Source of the DNA: Azolla caroliniana
Taxonomy: Eukaryota; Plantae; Polypodiophyta
NCBI GenBank assembly: GCA_043228905.1
Contig: JBHGNT010000023.1
Location: forward strand, 1 to 64,000
Length of the DNA: 64,000 bases
Direction of reading: 5' to 3'
Positions 11,195-21,963 of the stretch are shown one piece after another. Below the pieces are notes generated by a model. It saw only the letters and a list, made by a program, of their open reading frames with translations, searched no databases and had not been told where the DNA came from. How positions within the stretch are numbered: position 1 is the stretch's first letter; each line of letters begins with the position of its first letter. Made by a program: the position numbers and the translations under genes.

Positions 11195-11580
11195 CCATTG
11201 CCACATCACGTTGACCATCACTTTGTCCCTATTCAAGCTTAGATTACTGCCATTCTTACTAAACCCTATTGAGTCCACTCCTCCATTGATGCCATTCTAC
11301 ACTTAGTTGCCACCACTGTGCGGTCCAAGCATCATCTGCCACAATTTGATCTGTTGGAGTTCACTCCTCCATTGCCACCATTCTACACTCAGTTGTCGCC
11401 ATTGTTCGGTCTAAGCATCATCTACCACTGTTCGCTCCTATTGAGTTCACTCCATTGCCACCATTCTACACTCAGTTGCTGCCACTTTGCGTTCCAAGCA
11501 TCACCTGCCATTGTTCGATTTGACGGAGTTCACTCCTCCATTGCCACCATTCTACACTCAGTTGCCGCCACTGTTCCATC
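11195..11580. repeat. Minisatellite, ~85-bp unit, 4-5 copies
   Basis: ccattgccaccattctacactcagttg recurs near 11283, 11368, 11452 and 11537. Confidence 0.85.
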
Positions 11581-11739
11581 TGTTGATTATCTTGTGTATT
11601 GTGGAATAATTTTGTGTATTGTTGTTGCCCGTAGTCATCTTAGCTCGTTCCCAACGATGGTTGAGTAGCTATCACTCCGCTGCAACAAACATAAACTTAC
11701 CGACGGTGGGATCGCTCCTGTGAATAATCAGTCCTATGA

Positions 11740-12335
11740 TGGCTCTTGTCTCTCACTCCTTGATTTCTACCACAACTTTACTTTTTCCTTCATATCTCAT
11801 GCCTTGAATTTCGGAATTTTGATTATATGAGACCATATCACAGCGTGCTTCGTTAGCTTTGATTCATCTATTTGAACTCTGAAATCGGATATTATACGAG
11901 GAAGCTATGAGCTTTTTGATGCAAGCGGTTGCTGTTGTGTGTTCCTACCTGATTTCTACCACACCGTTAGTTTTTCCCTCATTTCTCTATCTCCGGTATT
12001 CGAAATTTAGATTTTATCAGGTTATATTATAGCCTACTTCGTTAGCTTTGATTCCTTTGTTTGAACTCTCAAATACAATATCATATGAGGAAATTATGTG
12101 CTTTTTGATGGAGGCGGTCGCTCTTGTCTGTCCCTGCATGACTTGGGACACAACTTTAGTTTTTCCTTGATGTGTCTCGCCGTCAATTCTGAAAATTTTA
12201 GTTCATAAGGCCATATCGGAGACTACTTCGTTAGGTTTGATCACCTATTTGAACTCTGAAATCGAATATCATAGGAGGAAGCTATGAGCTTTTTGACATA
12301 GGCGGTCACTGTTCTCTATCCTTGCCCGATTTCAC
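11740..12335 (-). repeat. Diverged 189-bp tandem repeat (~3.2 copies), relic relative of the 178-bp satellite
   Basis: Unit starts at 11762, 11951, 12140, ~12328; collinear motifs shared with the reverse satellite monomer. Confidence 0.8.
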
Positions 12336-12340
12336 ATTAT

Positions 12341-12731
12341 TGTAAAGAAACAAGAGATGGATTCTGTGCAGCCGAATAGATATGAACTGTGTGTGTGTAT
12401 GAGAGAGAGAGTGAGAGAGAGAGAGACAAGGAGTAAGACACAGAGAATACGCAAGGTAAAGTAGATTAAGAAAGGAGAAAGACTCAACATTATACAAGGT
12501 GGGAGGAGGGTGCTTTATATAGTCACCCTCTCTCTTCATTAACTACAAGACTCATGGAGCATGGGGAATGTGAAAGCTCATAAGTTATGTGTCATAGAAT
12601 ATGATTCTATGACTCATAATAAATGCTAGAATACAAAGTGGTGACATAATGGTGACTCTTGATTATTAGAGTGTCTATTCACTCTCAAGGTGAGTTCACA
12701 CACTAGACCAAGTTGAGCTTGATTCTCAACA
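12341..12731 (-). repeat. 3' LTR of copia C (391 bp)
   Basis: Starts TGTTGAGAATCAAGCTCAAC right after the PPT and ends ...TTTACA. Confidence 0.85.
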
Positions 12732-12960
12732 CGCCCCCTCAAGCTCATGTCGGGTCGGTTTCAGACGGTATCCGAAATCCGCTTCGACTCGCGTTCCGGA
12801 GTCCGCGTCGACTCGCATTTATGCGGAGTTGCGGAATCCGTGCTCCAACTTGCGTTGTGTGTAGTTGCGAAGTCTGTGCTTCGGCTTGCGTCTTTCTTCG
12901 CGGCTTTGCACGGTAGATCGGCTCTTCACGGCTTCGTTGCACGATTGCGGAATCCACGCG

Positions 12961-13567
12961 TTATTGCGTAGTGTCTTCAGTACTCCCCCTTAAGCTTGGT
13001 AGGTCAGGGATCGTCAATCCGAGATCGGTCATGAATTGCCATAGCTTGTCGGCTCCTAAGGCTTTAGTGAAGATGTCAGCCGTTTGAAGATTTGTGCTAA
13101 TGTGTTGTAGGTTGACATCGCCAGCTAGAACGCACTCTCGGATGAAGTGATAGGGCACTTCGATGTGCTTTGTCCGCGCGTGGAACACCGGATTCCGAGC
13201 CAGATAGATATTGCTCATGTTGTCGCAATAAAGGGAAGTCAGATCCTTGATGGGTACGCCCAGATCCTTGAGTATCCTTTTGAGCCATACGGCTTCACAT
13301 GCGGCCACTGCCGCGCCCATGTATTCCGCCTCTGTGCTCGAAAGAGCGACGGTTGGTTGCTTTTTGGTGCTCCAGGATATTGCTCCGCTACCGAGGGAAA
13401 AAACAAATCCGGAGGTTGATCTTCTATCGGCTTTGTAGCCCGCCCAATCGGCGTCTGTGTACCCCTCGAGTCGTATTGGCATCGCGGTCTTGTAGAGGAT
13501 GCCACAATCCATTGTGCCGCTCACGTATCATAGAACTCGCTTAGCGCAATCCTAGTGAGTATCACGC
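12961..13567 (-). pseudogene. pol: Copia C RT end and RNase H
   Basis: EGYTDADWAG, ALSSTEAEY, YCDN, ADIFTKAL; two stops near 13530-13555. Confidence 0.92.
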
Positions 13568-14338
13568 TGCCGTGCCTTTTGGCTCCGGATCGTTGCGTGA
13601 GTCGGGTGGGAACCACTGAGGTTTTGGACTAGGAGAAAGAAGAATACAATATAAGGCTAGGTAGAAAGAGAGGTAAGAAAAAAATCTTGTGAATCCCACA
13701 TGTTTAGTGTATTTAATCAATATTTAGATTGTAAGAAAGAGAATTTTGATGATAAACTCGTGAATCCCACGAATATATTAGATTGATCAATCCTTGTAAA
13801 ATTAATCAACACCACCATACATCTTTCTCTCCTCCTTATATAAGGATGGAAGAGGCTAAGCATAGCTTCATGCTTTTTCTAAAGTTTTCATGCACACTAA
13901 ATGTGCATGAGTAATTTTTTATTGGTGTACATTTTTCTTATAAATAAAGTATTCACGCATTAAAAATGCATGACTTACCTTTTAATAAAGGTAGGCGTAA
14001 ATAAAGGTCTTATACGTATTAAATCTATATTTAAAACACTTAGGATAAGTTAGTACAATGGTAAGGTTGGGGTTTGTCTACGTGGAGGTATAGGGTTCGA
14101 ATCTTGCCCTATGCATGTAATAAATATTTTCTTCTATTTTACAAATTTGTCTCTTCATTCGGTGAGAGATTCTCATCGGCCTTCTTTATCTGACTCTTGC
14201 GGTTCTACTTGATCCGGTTCTTACCAGGTCTCCTTATCGGGTCCTCCTTGCCGGTTTCTCCTTACTGGTTCCTCCTTGTCCCATCCGGAGGAACAAAAAA
14301 ATGCAATTTTGACGTAGTGTGTGAATTACACTACGACA
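13568..14338 (-). repeat. 3' LTR of gypsy D (771 bp)
   Basis: Direct repeat of 19119-19929; TG...CA termini. Confidence 0.93.
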
Positions 14339-14394
14339 CTCGCCCCCTCCAAAACTGCACATCCTCCGGTATGTGCCGAAGTTCCCGATGCTCA

Positions 14395-17300
14395 TTATTC
14401 GCCTTCATCTGTAGCACTGCCCGATTCTCCCCTTATGTCGACTACGAGTTGAAGTCCACTTTCTTCGCTTTCCGCATTACCGCGATCTTTGTCCAGTTGC
14501 TCCTCATTGTCGGTCTTGTCTAGGGTTACATAGGGTTCGTTGTCAGTCCGCATCTTGAAGATCTTTACCCATTTCCCTGGTATAGGCACTCGTGGTATCG
14601 TTCCATCCAACTCGCATAGTCGGTAAGTTCCGTTGTCGAAAACTTTCCGAACCTCGTATGGCCCGAACCACCTTTTTGCGAACTTCCGTATCGTTGTATG
14701 TTGATGATCCAAACTACTGTCATAGAAAATCACCCAATCTCCTTCTTCAATCTTCCGTGGTCGTAGTCGGTGCTTTGTATTGAACTGGCTTTTGTTCCGG
14801 AATCACGTTTTTTGTTGTCGGCGTGTTGCTTCCGCTATGTCTTCAGGTCTTCCCTCTAGTTGTCGTATCCGGACCGCTAGTAGTTCTTCCCAGCTCATCT
14901 CTTCCTTCCACAGTAGCATTGTCCATGTCGCGATTGCGGTTTCCGTCGGCATTACCAGTGCTTGTCCGGTCATAAGTTCTGTCAGCATATAACCGGTTAC
15001 GGAGCTATGCGTCGTCCGATCCGTCCATAGTGCATACGGGAGCATCTGGGGCCAATCCTTCATCCTTTCGTCGCATGCTTTGGCAAGTGCTTTGACGATC
15101 GGACTATGTCCTCGTTCGATTTTCCTGTTGGCCTCCGGATTGTATGCCGTTGTTAGTGTTAACCGAATTCCATGTTTGGTGAAGAATTCCCTAGCTTTAT
15201 CAGAGTCGAGTTCTCCCCGATCCGCAATCACTTGTCTTACGCACCTGTACTTCCTCCTCCAAAAGAAATTGGCATACCGCAGAACACGTTTTCCTTCATA
15301 GCACCCGACCTTCTACTTGATTTGTGAGATCTTCCCGAGCTAACACCAAGTACTTCTTTTGTCCGATCCCAATTGGCATGGCTACAATGTCGACCATCCA
15401 TTTGAAGTTGATTGTCGGTGAGAATGTCGGATGTAACTCATCTCGGTGTCGAACTCCGGAGTAGATTTGACACTTCTCTCAGCTTTTCGTGAACTCCGCT
15501 ACATCTTTGTACATATTCTTCCACCAATATTTTTGTTTGGTTTTCACAAAAGTTGCCCATGTCCCTCGATGTCCAGCCCAATCGGATTCTTGAAACTCAG
15601 ACATTATCCGGTTTCGTTGCTCTTTCATCCCGACTACCCAAAGTGGTATGCCATTCGGTCTTTTCGGCTCCCTCCATATTAATCCATTTTTCAAGAAGAA
15701 CTTTCGGACTTGCCGCTTCTTACTTCGGATCTCGGCTCTCTTCTCTTTATTGTCCGATGATTCCTCGATTTCTTGTAGCACTTTCCCGATCAGCAAGCTT
15801 TCTCCCTCGTATTCTTCTTCCCGGAATTCTCGGATTACGTTCACCCGACATATGTGCTCCGAAGCAAAGTAGTCTTCGGAAACTTCTTTATTATCGGATT
15901 TGGTTATGTCGTCTCCGAATCGAGCCCTTGATAGCATATCCGCTACCGCGTTGTCTTTTCGGGAGATGTGTCGTACGTCCGGCTTAAGCGACTTAACATA
16001 TGCAATCCATCTTAGCATAGCCACATCCGCTATCGTGCAACACCGCATCATCCCGAGTATCGGAAGACAATCCGTTTCGATCACTACTTCGGCTCTGATC
16101 AAATAATCTCGATCCGATTTGATTGCCGACATGACTCCCCATAATTCTCTTTCGACTTGTGCATATCCGCGTTGCCTTTCGTTGAGAACCTTTGCTCTGA
16201 ATCGGATCATATATCGCAAACCATCCGAGTCGGCTTGATTGATGACCCATCCGATCCCGGTTGGACTTGTATCAACCGTTACTATGACCGGTCGCTCATA
16301 GCTCGACTTCTTAAGTGCTTCAGCCCTTCGTAGTGTTTTCTTGAGCTTCTTCATGGCTTTGGTGTGTTCCGGTTTCCATTCGAACTTCTTCCCCTTCCGC
16401 AATAAGTGATAGAGTGGGTCCACAATATGTGCATAGTGCGGAATCCATATGTGATAAAATGCACAAGCTCCAAGAAACCTTCGGACTTCGGATTGTGGCT
16501 CGCATACTTCTTTCATAGCTTGAATCGCATCGATCTTGGTTGGTGGACGGTCTTCGGCCGTAGGGTCCACATAGATGTCCGACTACCCATATTTCTTCTT
16601 GCCCGAATGCCGATTTCTCCCCGGAAAATGTTAGGTGCACATCTTCCAACTTTCGAAGCACTTTCTCGCAATCACGAATATGGTCTACTACGAACTTTCG
16701 GCATCCCCGATCATCCATAGTTTCATCTTTTTCTTCTACCGCATATCCTTTCATTGGAATGTCATCTAGGAACGACATCGTTATCACCGAAATGCAATCT
16801 CGAAGCACCTTATTCATCGCGTTCATCGTATGTGCAACCGAGTTTGTCACTCCTTGTGGTAGTGTGCACATTCGGACTAATCCTATCGGTGTCCGCATGG
16901 TAGTGATGTCTCGGCTCTCCACGGCTAGTTGGAATTGGTCATACCCCGAGTATAGGTCTCTGATGGAGTATATCGCACGACCGGCAAATGCTTCCGCAAA
17001 TTCGTCCACTATCAGACAGACTCCGGAGTTATGGATCGTGACCTTGTTCACCGGTTGCAAGTCTTGGATAAATCGGAGTGACCCATTCTTCTTCGGAACT
17101 GTAAACCATCGATTTGAGTACGGAGCGTTTGATAGGTCTAGAATCCCCATCGCCACCTTCTCCTTGAGCAAGTCGATGATTTTGGGAATATGCGCCCGCG
17201 GCACTGGAACTGGCTTCAGGTTCCACGACACATGGTCAATCGTGAAGATCACCATCGGCTCCACTATCTTCGGATCAACGCACCTTATCTCCTTCAATGT

Positions 17301-19100
17301 GAATGCAAATGCTTTCCCATGTTGTTCCAACATCCCACGGAATCGTTCTTCTTCATTTTGTAAAAGGAAACGACCTCCACCGATCCAAAGTTTCTTCCGG
17401 GTCTCATCCGTGAAGGCATGTCCGATATCCACGGACTTTTGAAGTGTCGGATCTCCCAAGACTTCTTTCCTCTTTTGCTCGCTATACAGCGGGTAACGGT
17501 CTCGCAACCGGTTTCACTTTCTTCTCCACGGTCTTGTATTTCGTACTTACCATTGCTTCTTCTTTGTGGAGTGCATCTGGCCCCATTTTCGCAATGATAT
17601 CATACATCTCGACCGATTCCACCGGGACTACTCGGTCTCCTTGGCTTTTATCCTCCACAAGCTCTTCAAGCCGTTGTAGCGTGCTCCCATAGAACTCTTC
17701 TTCGACTCCCCCTACGATTTCTTCGTATTCTTTTATTATTGGTGCCGACCGCAACTTATCCTCTATTTTTCAATATTCTTTCTTCTTTCCTCCGGTTACG
17801 GCCGTGTATGTAGATGCCCCATCCGGACCGATTCGTACTTGTTTTGCTCTGAGAGTTTTCTTCGTGTGTGGGGTATCAGGGCTTCTCGGACTATCACTTC
17901 TCCACTCCGCAACAATCCACTCTAAAAATCCATCCTTGTTTGGGACAAGAGCTCACTCTTGTTCCTTTCATGATTTGCCGACATAGGTAGGAATTGGACG
18001 GATTTCCCTCCGCTTTGGCTCCGAATTCATGCGAAAGCCATACTGCTATCGAGCACCTTTGTCTCCATCCGTGAAGCCGTGATAAAGGGTTGCCCGAGGA
18101 TCACAGAATGTGAGACCTCATCTTGTACGAAGAAATTTTGGTCGATCTCGACATCCCCGTTCTTCACCGTCACATCCAGACAAGCCTCAAATAGATCTTC
18201 TGTTGCTTTAGTGACTGCTCGGATCTTCCATCCATGGTTAGTGTTTATAAACCGACGGTCCATATACTTGGAGCTTGTGGGACGGTCATCTGACTTCTTT
18301 ACCATTGCGATTTTCAGATTCTCCATTTCTTTTAGCAACTGCTCCACCATGGTTGTATCGATTCCCTTCTCGGTCGTAGTCTCCTGAGCCCTTGGTTGAT
18401 GGTCTTCCAATCCGGATCTCGGTTTCGGAATCAGTTCTGAAACCCTCTTTTCTTCACTAGCAAGCCATTGCCCCCTTTGCGTGTATCACGCGACGATATC
18501 CCGCACGCTTTCCCATGTTTCGGTGAGGCCACTCTCAGTGGTCGTGTCCTCCAAAAGCACTCCAAGATCTTTCCGGTCCCGGTTGTCCAGGGTTTGTAGG
18601 AACATGATCACTTTGTTCGGTGCGAGGATAGCTTGATCTCTTGTAGACAACCTCCCGAACTGACTTTCGAATGAAGAAAACACATCGAGGACCTTCATCC
18701 CCTTATGCGGTGTTTCCACCCAATCTTCGAATTCCCTCCTCGTTGCCTTGGAGGAGTCCTCGATGGAGAACGTGGTCTTTAGTGCCTCTTCAAATGCCTC
18801 CCACGTCGGATTTTGTTGCCGTATCCTGTGGATACTCCCTTAAAGCCCGTCATTTGCCACCCGGTTGAAGGATGTCACTTGCAGTCCTTCCGAAATCCCG
18901 CACTGTAGCATTTCTGCCTTGTAATATCGCAAATATCGCGACACGTCTTTCCCATTGAATTGCCCGTTCCGTTGCACGAGCCGCTCTAATGCCACCGCAA
19001 TCTCCGACATCCCGCGTTGTTCTTGTAGCATCCGCTCAAACATTGCCATCATGTTGTTTGCCCCCGGTTGATTTTCCATCTCCTTGCCACCCGGTTTCAC
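14395..19100 (-). pseudogene. Fragmented gag-pol of gypsy D
   Basis: gag FNGKDVSRYL; protease end VILGQPF; RT NRWFTVPKKNGSLRFIQDL, DLYSGYDQ, FLDDI; RNase H VDTSPTGIG; INT GHRG, ADRGEL, IERGH, WFGPY; many frameshifts and stops. Confidence 0.9.
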
Positions 19101-19113
19101 GTCGGGTTCACCA
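19096..19113 (-). promoter_or_regulatory. Primer-binding site complementary to tRNA-Trp
   Basis: The + strand reads TTCACGTCGGGTTCACCA, the 3' 18 nt of plant cytosolic tRNA-Trp(CCA) as I recall it; 5 nt from the LTR. Confidence 0.85.
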
Positions 19114-19118
19114 CTTTG

Positions 19119-19929
19119 TGTTGTGCCTTTCGGCTCCGGATCGTTGCGTGAGTCGGGTGGGAACCACTGAGGTTTTGGACTAGGAGAAAGAAGAATACAA
19201 TATAAGGCTAGTTATGAATAGGTAGAAAAAGAAGTAAGAAATAATATTGTGAATCCCACATGTTTAGTGTATTTAATCAATATTTAGATTGTAAGAAAGA
19301 GAATTTTGATGATAAACTCGTGAATCCCACGAATAAATTAGATCGATCAATCCTTGTAAAAATAATCAAAACCACCATACATCTTTCTCTCCTCCTTATA
19401 TAAGGATGGAAGAGGCTAAGCATAGCTTCATGCTTTTTCTAAAGTGTTCATGCACACTAAATGTGCACGAGTAATTTTTTATTGGTGTACATTTTTCTTA
19501 TAAATAAAGTATTCACGCATTAAAAATGCATGACTTACCTTTTAATAAAGGTAGGCGTAAATAAAGGTCTTATACGTATTAAATCTATTTTATGTAAAAC
19601 ACTCAAGATAAGTTAGTACAATGGTAAGGTTGGGGTTTGTCTACGTGGAGGTATAGGGTTCGAATCTTGCCCTATGCACGTAATAAATATTTTCTTCTAT
19701 TTTACAAATTTGTCTCTTCATTCGGTGAGAGACTCTCACCGGCCTTCTTTATCCGGTTCTTGCCGGTTCTGCTTGATCCAGTTCTTAATGGGTCTCCTTA
19801 CTGGGTCCTCCTTGCCGGTCCTCCTTACCGGTTCCTCCTTGTCGGTTTCTCCTTACCGGTTCCTCCTTGTCCCATCCGGAGGAACAAAAAAATGCAATTT
19901 TCATGTAGTGTGTGAATTACACTACGACA
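19119..19929 (-). repeat. 5' LTR of gypsy D (811 bp)
   Basis: Direct repeat of 13568-14338 with small indels; adjacent to the PBS. Confidence 0.93.
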
Positions 19930-21963
19930 ACGCGGTGTTTGCATGAATTGACTAAGGAGACCGACCGGATAATTGAGATCGGGTCGAGTGATCGTGAGGT
20001 AGATGAGAATCCCGATGAGTTGCCGATACTGAGTCGACTCACACGCTTTGGTGCCGGAGTTCGCATCTAGTTTGAGATTGCGATCGAGTGGGGTTGCTGT
20101 GGATTCGCACTCAGCCATCCCGAACTTGTATAACAAGTTGAGGATGTAGTGTCGTTGAGTGATCATGATTCCAGTCGGAGTCCGAATTACCTCGATGCCG
20201 AGGAAGTAGTGGAGCTCCTTCATGTCCGTCATCTCGAACTTGTCGGAAAGGAGGGATTTGACCTTATTGATTTGGACGAGATGCTCACCTCCAATGACTA
20301 GGTCATCCACATATAAGATGATGACGATCGGACTTGCGGAATCGCTTCATATATAGAGGGAGTTGTCCGATTTTGACATACAAAAGCTGATTTGATGAAG
20401 ATATTGCATTATCGTCGAATGTGAAGCACGCGGTGCTTGCTTGAGGCCGTAGTGTGGCTTCTTGAGTCGGCATACAACTTTTGGATGAGTGCTCGAGTTG
20501 AAGCCGAGTGGTTGTATCATGTACACCTCCTCTTCTAATTCGCCTTGTAGAAAGGCGTTCTTGACATCCATTTGATGGAGGTGCCCCCTTTCACCGCGGC
20601 AAGTGCAATTACGGTCCGTACCGTTGTCATCTTTGCCACCGGGGCAAAGGTCTCCTCGTAGTCAACTCCGTGCGTTTGGGCATAGCCTTTCGCTACGAGT
20701 TGCGCTTTGTAGTGGTTGACGGAATTGTCGGCGTTGTACTTCACATTGTAAATCCATCTGCATCCGATTGCCTTTTTGTGTGGTGAGGTGGGAATGAGAT
20801 CCCATGTCTCGTTCTTGCATAGTGCCTGCATCTCCTTGTTCATGGCTTCGATCCATCACGGATCCTTGGCTGCTTCGGAAAATGTTTCCGGCTTGCGTAC
20901 TGTCGCCACCTTCATCATAAAGGCATAGTGATATGCCATGTGGTCGTTGTAGCCGAATCGGCTGACCGGATTCTTTTCACGGGTGGAGCGACAAAGCTTT
21001 TCATTTGCAGAGATAAGGGCTTTCTTAGCTCCGATTGGTACATTGAAGCTGCCGAACTCACTGTTGAGTGAGTGAGTCAACTCATCGTTGTCGAAGCGAT
21101 CGTCTTCGTATTCCGTCATTTTCGCCTTGCCTTTATCAATCTTCGGGCTAGGCTGTGATGTGCTTTGATCACTCAAAGGCTCTTGTGGTCCACTTAGTCG
21201 GGTCGTGATCAGACTTTCCTCGAACATGCGTGTAAGGCGATCTTCATCCTCTTTCTCTTGTTCGGCGGATTCCGGGTCGAGCGGAGTCGGAGTCGAAGTT
21301 TCTCTGGTGCGTACCAGGATGCAGACACTTCAAAAAAGACGTCTCGACTTACTCAAGATTTTCGAGTTGAGGGGTTGTAGCACTTATACCCCTTTTGCTC
21401 GAGTGAATATCCTACGAGGATACATTTCTCCGACTTCGGGTCAAGCTTTTTACGCTTCTCGTCGGGGATGTGCATGTATGCTATCACGCCAAATATATGG
21501 GTGTGCAATAAGTCCTGCTTCTTTCCGATGTAATTTTCGTGCGGAGTGACCTCATGCACTCCGAATGTTGTGCACCGGTTCATTAGGTAGACGACTGTAT
21601 TTGCAGCTTCGGCCCAATATGACTTGGGCATATGCGTTTCGTTCATCATGGCCTGCGCTACTTCGAGGATGTGCCGATTTTTGCGCTTGACTACTCCATT
21701 TTCTTGCGGAGTGTGTTGGCAAGTGAATTCTCGCTGAATTCCTTCCTTTCGGAGATACACTGTGAAGTCATCTAAGAAGTACTCCTCGCTGCCATCCGAT
21801 CGAAGGCATCGTACATGACGACCAGTGGCTTTTTCGACTTCGTTGTTAAACCTTTGGAAGTGTTCGAACACTTTTCTCTTTTGCCGCATCGGATAGAGCC
21901 ACATGTGCCTTGAGAAGTCGTCGATGAAGAGCACGTAATAGCGACATCCACCGAATGTAGTAT
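19930..21963 (-). pseudogene. pol: Copia C integrase core and RT (frameshifted)
   Basis: ORFs 21353-21967, 20535-20843, 20347-20571 and 19825-20310 carry copia INT and RT motifs in order. Confidence 0.92.

Larger units (their letters stand above)
13568..19929 (-). mobile_element. Decayed Ty3/gypsy element D with both LTRs, 4-bp TSD ACGC and tRNA-Trp PBS
   Basis: LTRs 13568-14338 and 19119-19929; ACGC at 13564-13567 and 19930-19933; excision restores copia MQTPRDTH; PPT GGAGGGGGCGAG next to the 3' LTR. Confidence 0.94.
12341..21963 (-). mobile_element. Ty1/copia element C (INT-RT-RH-PPT-3' LTR); 5' half missing; split by gypsy D
   Basis: INT YYVLFIDDFSR, LRSDG, QENGVVKRKNR; RT LVAKGYAQ, MDVKNAFLQG, MDDLVIGG; RNase H YTDADWAG, RRSTSG, ARTKHIEV; PPT GCTTGAGGGGGCG (12732-12744). 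Confidence 0.93.

Noticed and set aside
9409-12731. LTRs 9409-9867 and 12341-12731 as a pair from one element
   Set aside because: Only the termini match; the PBS and PPT face away from the interval, so they belong to separate elements.
14043-14115. Functional tRNA gene
   Set aside because: A and B boxes are present, but acceptor and anticodon stems do not form; kept only as a tRNA-like finding.
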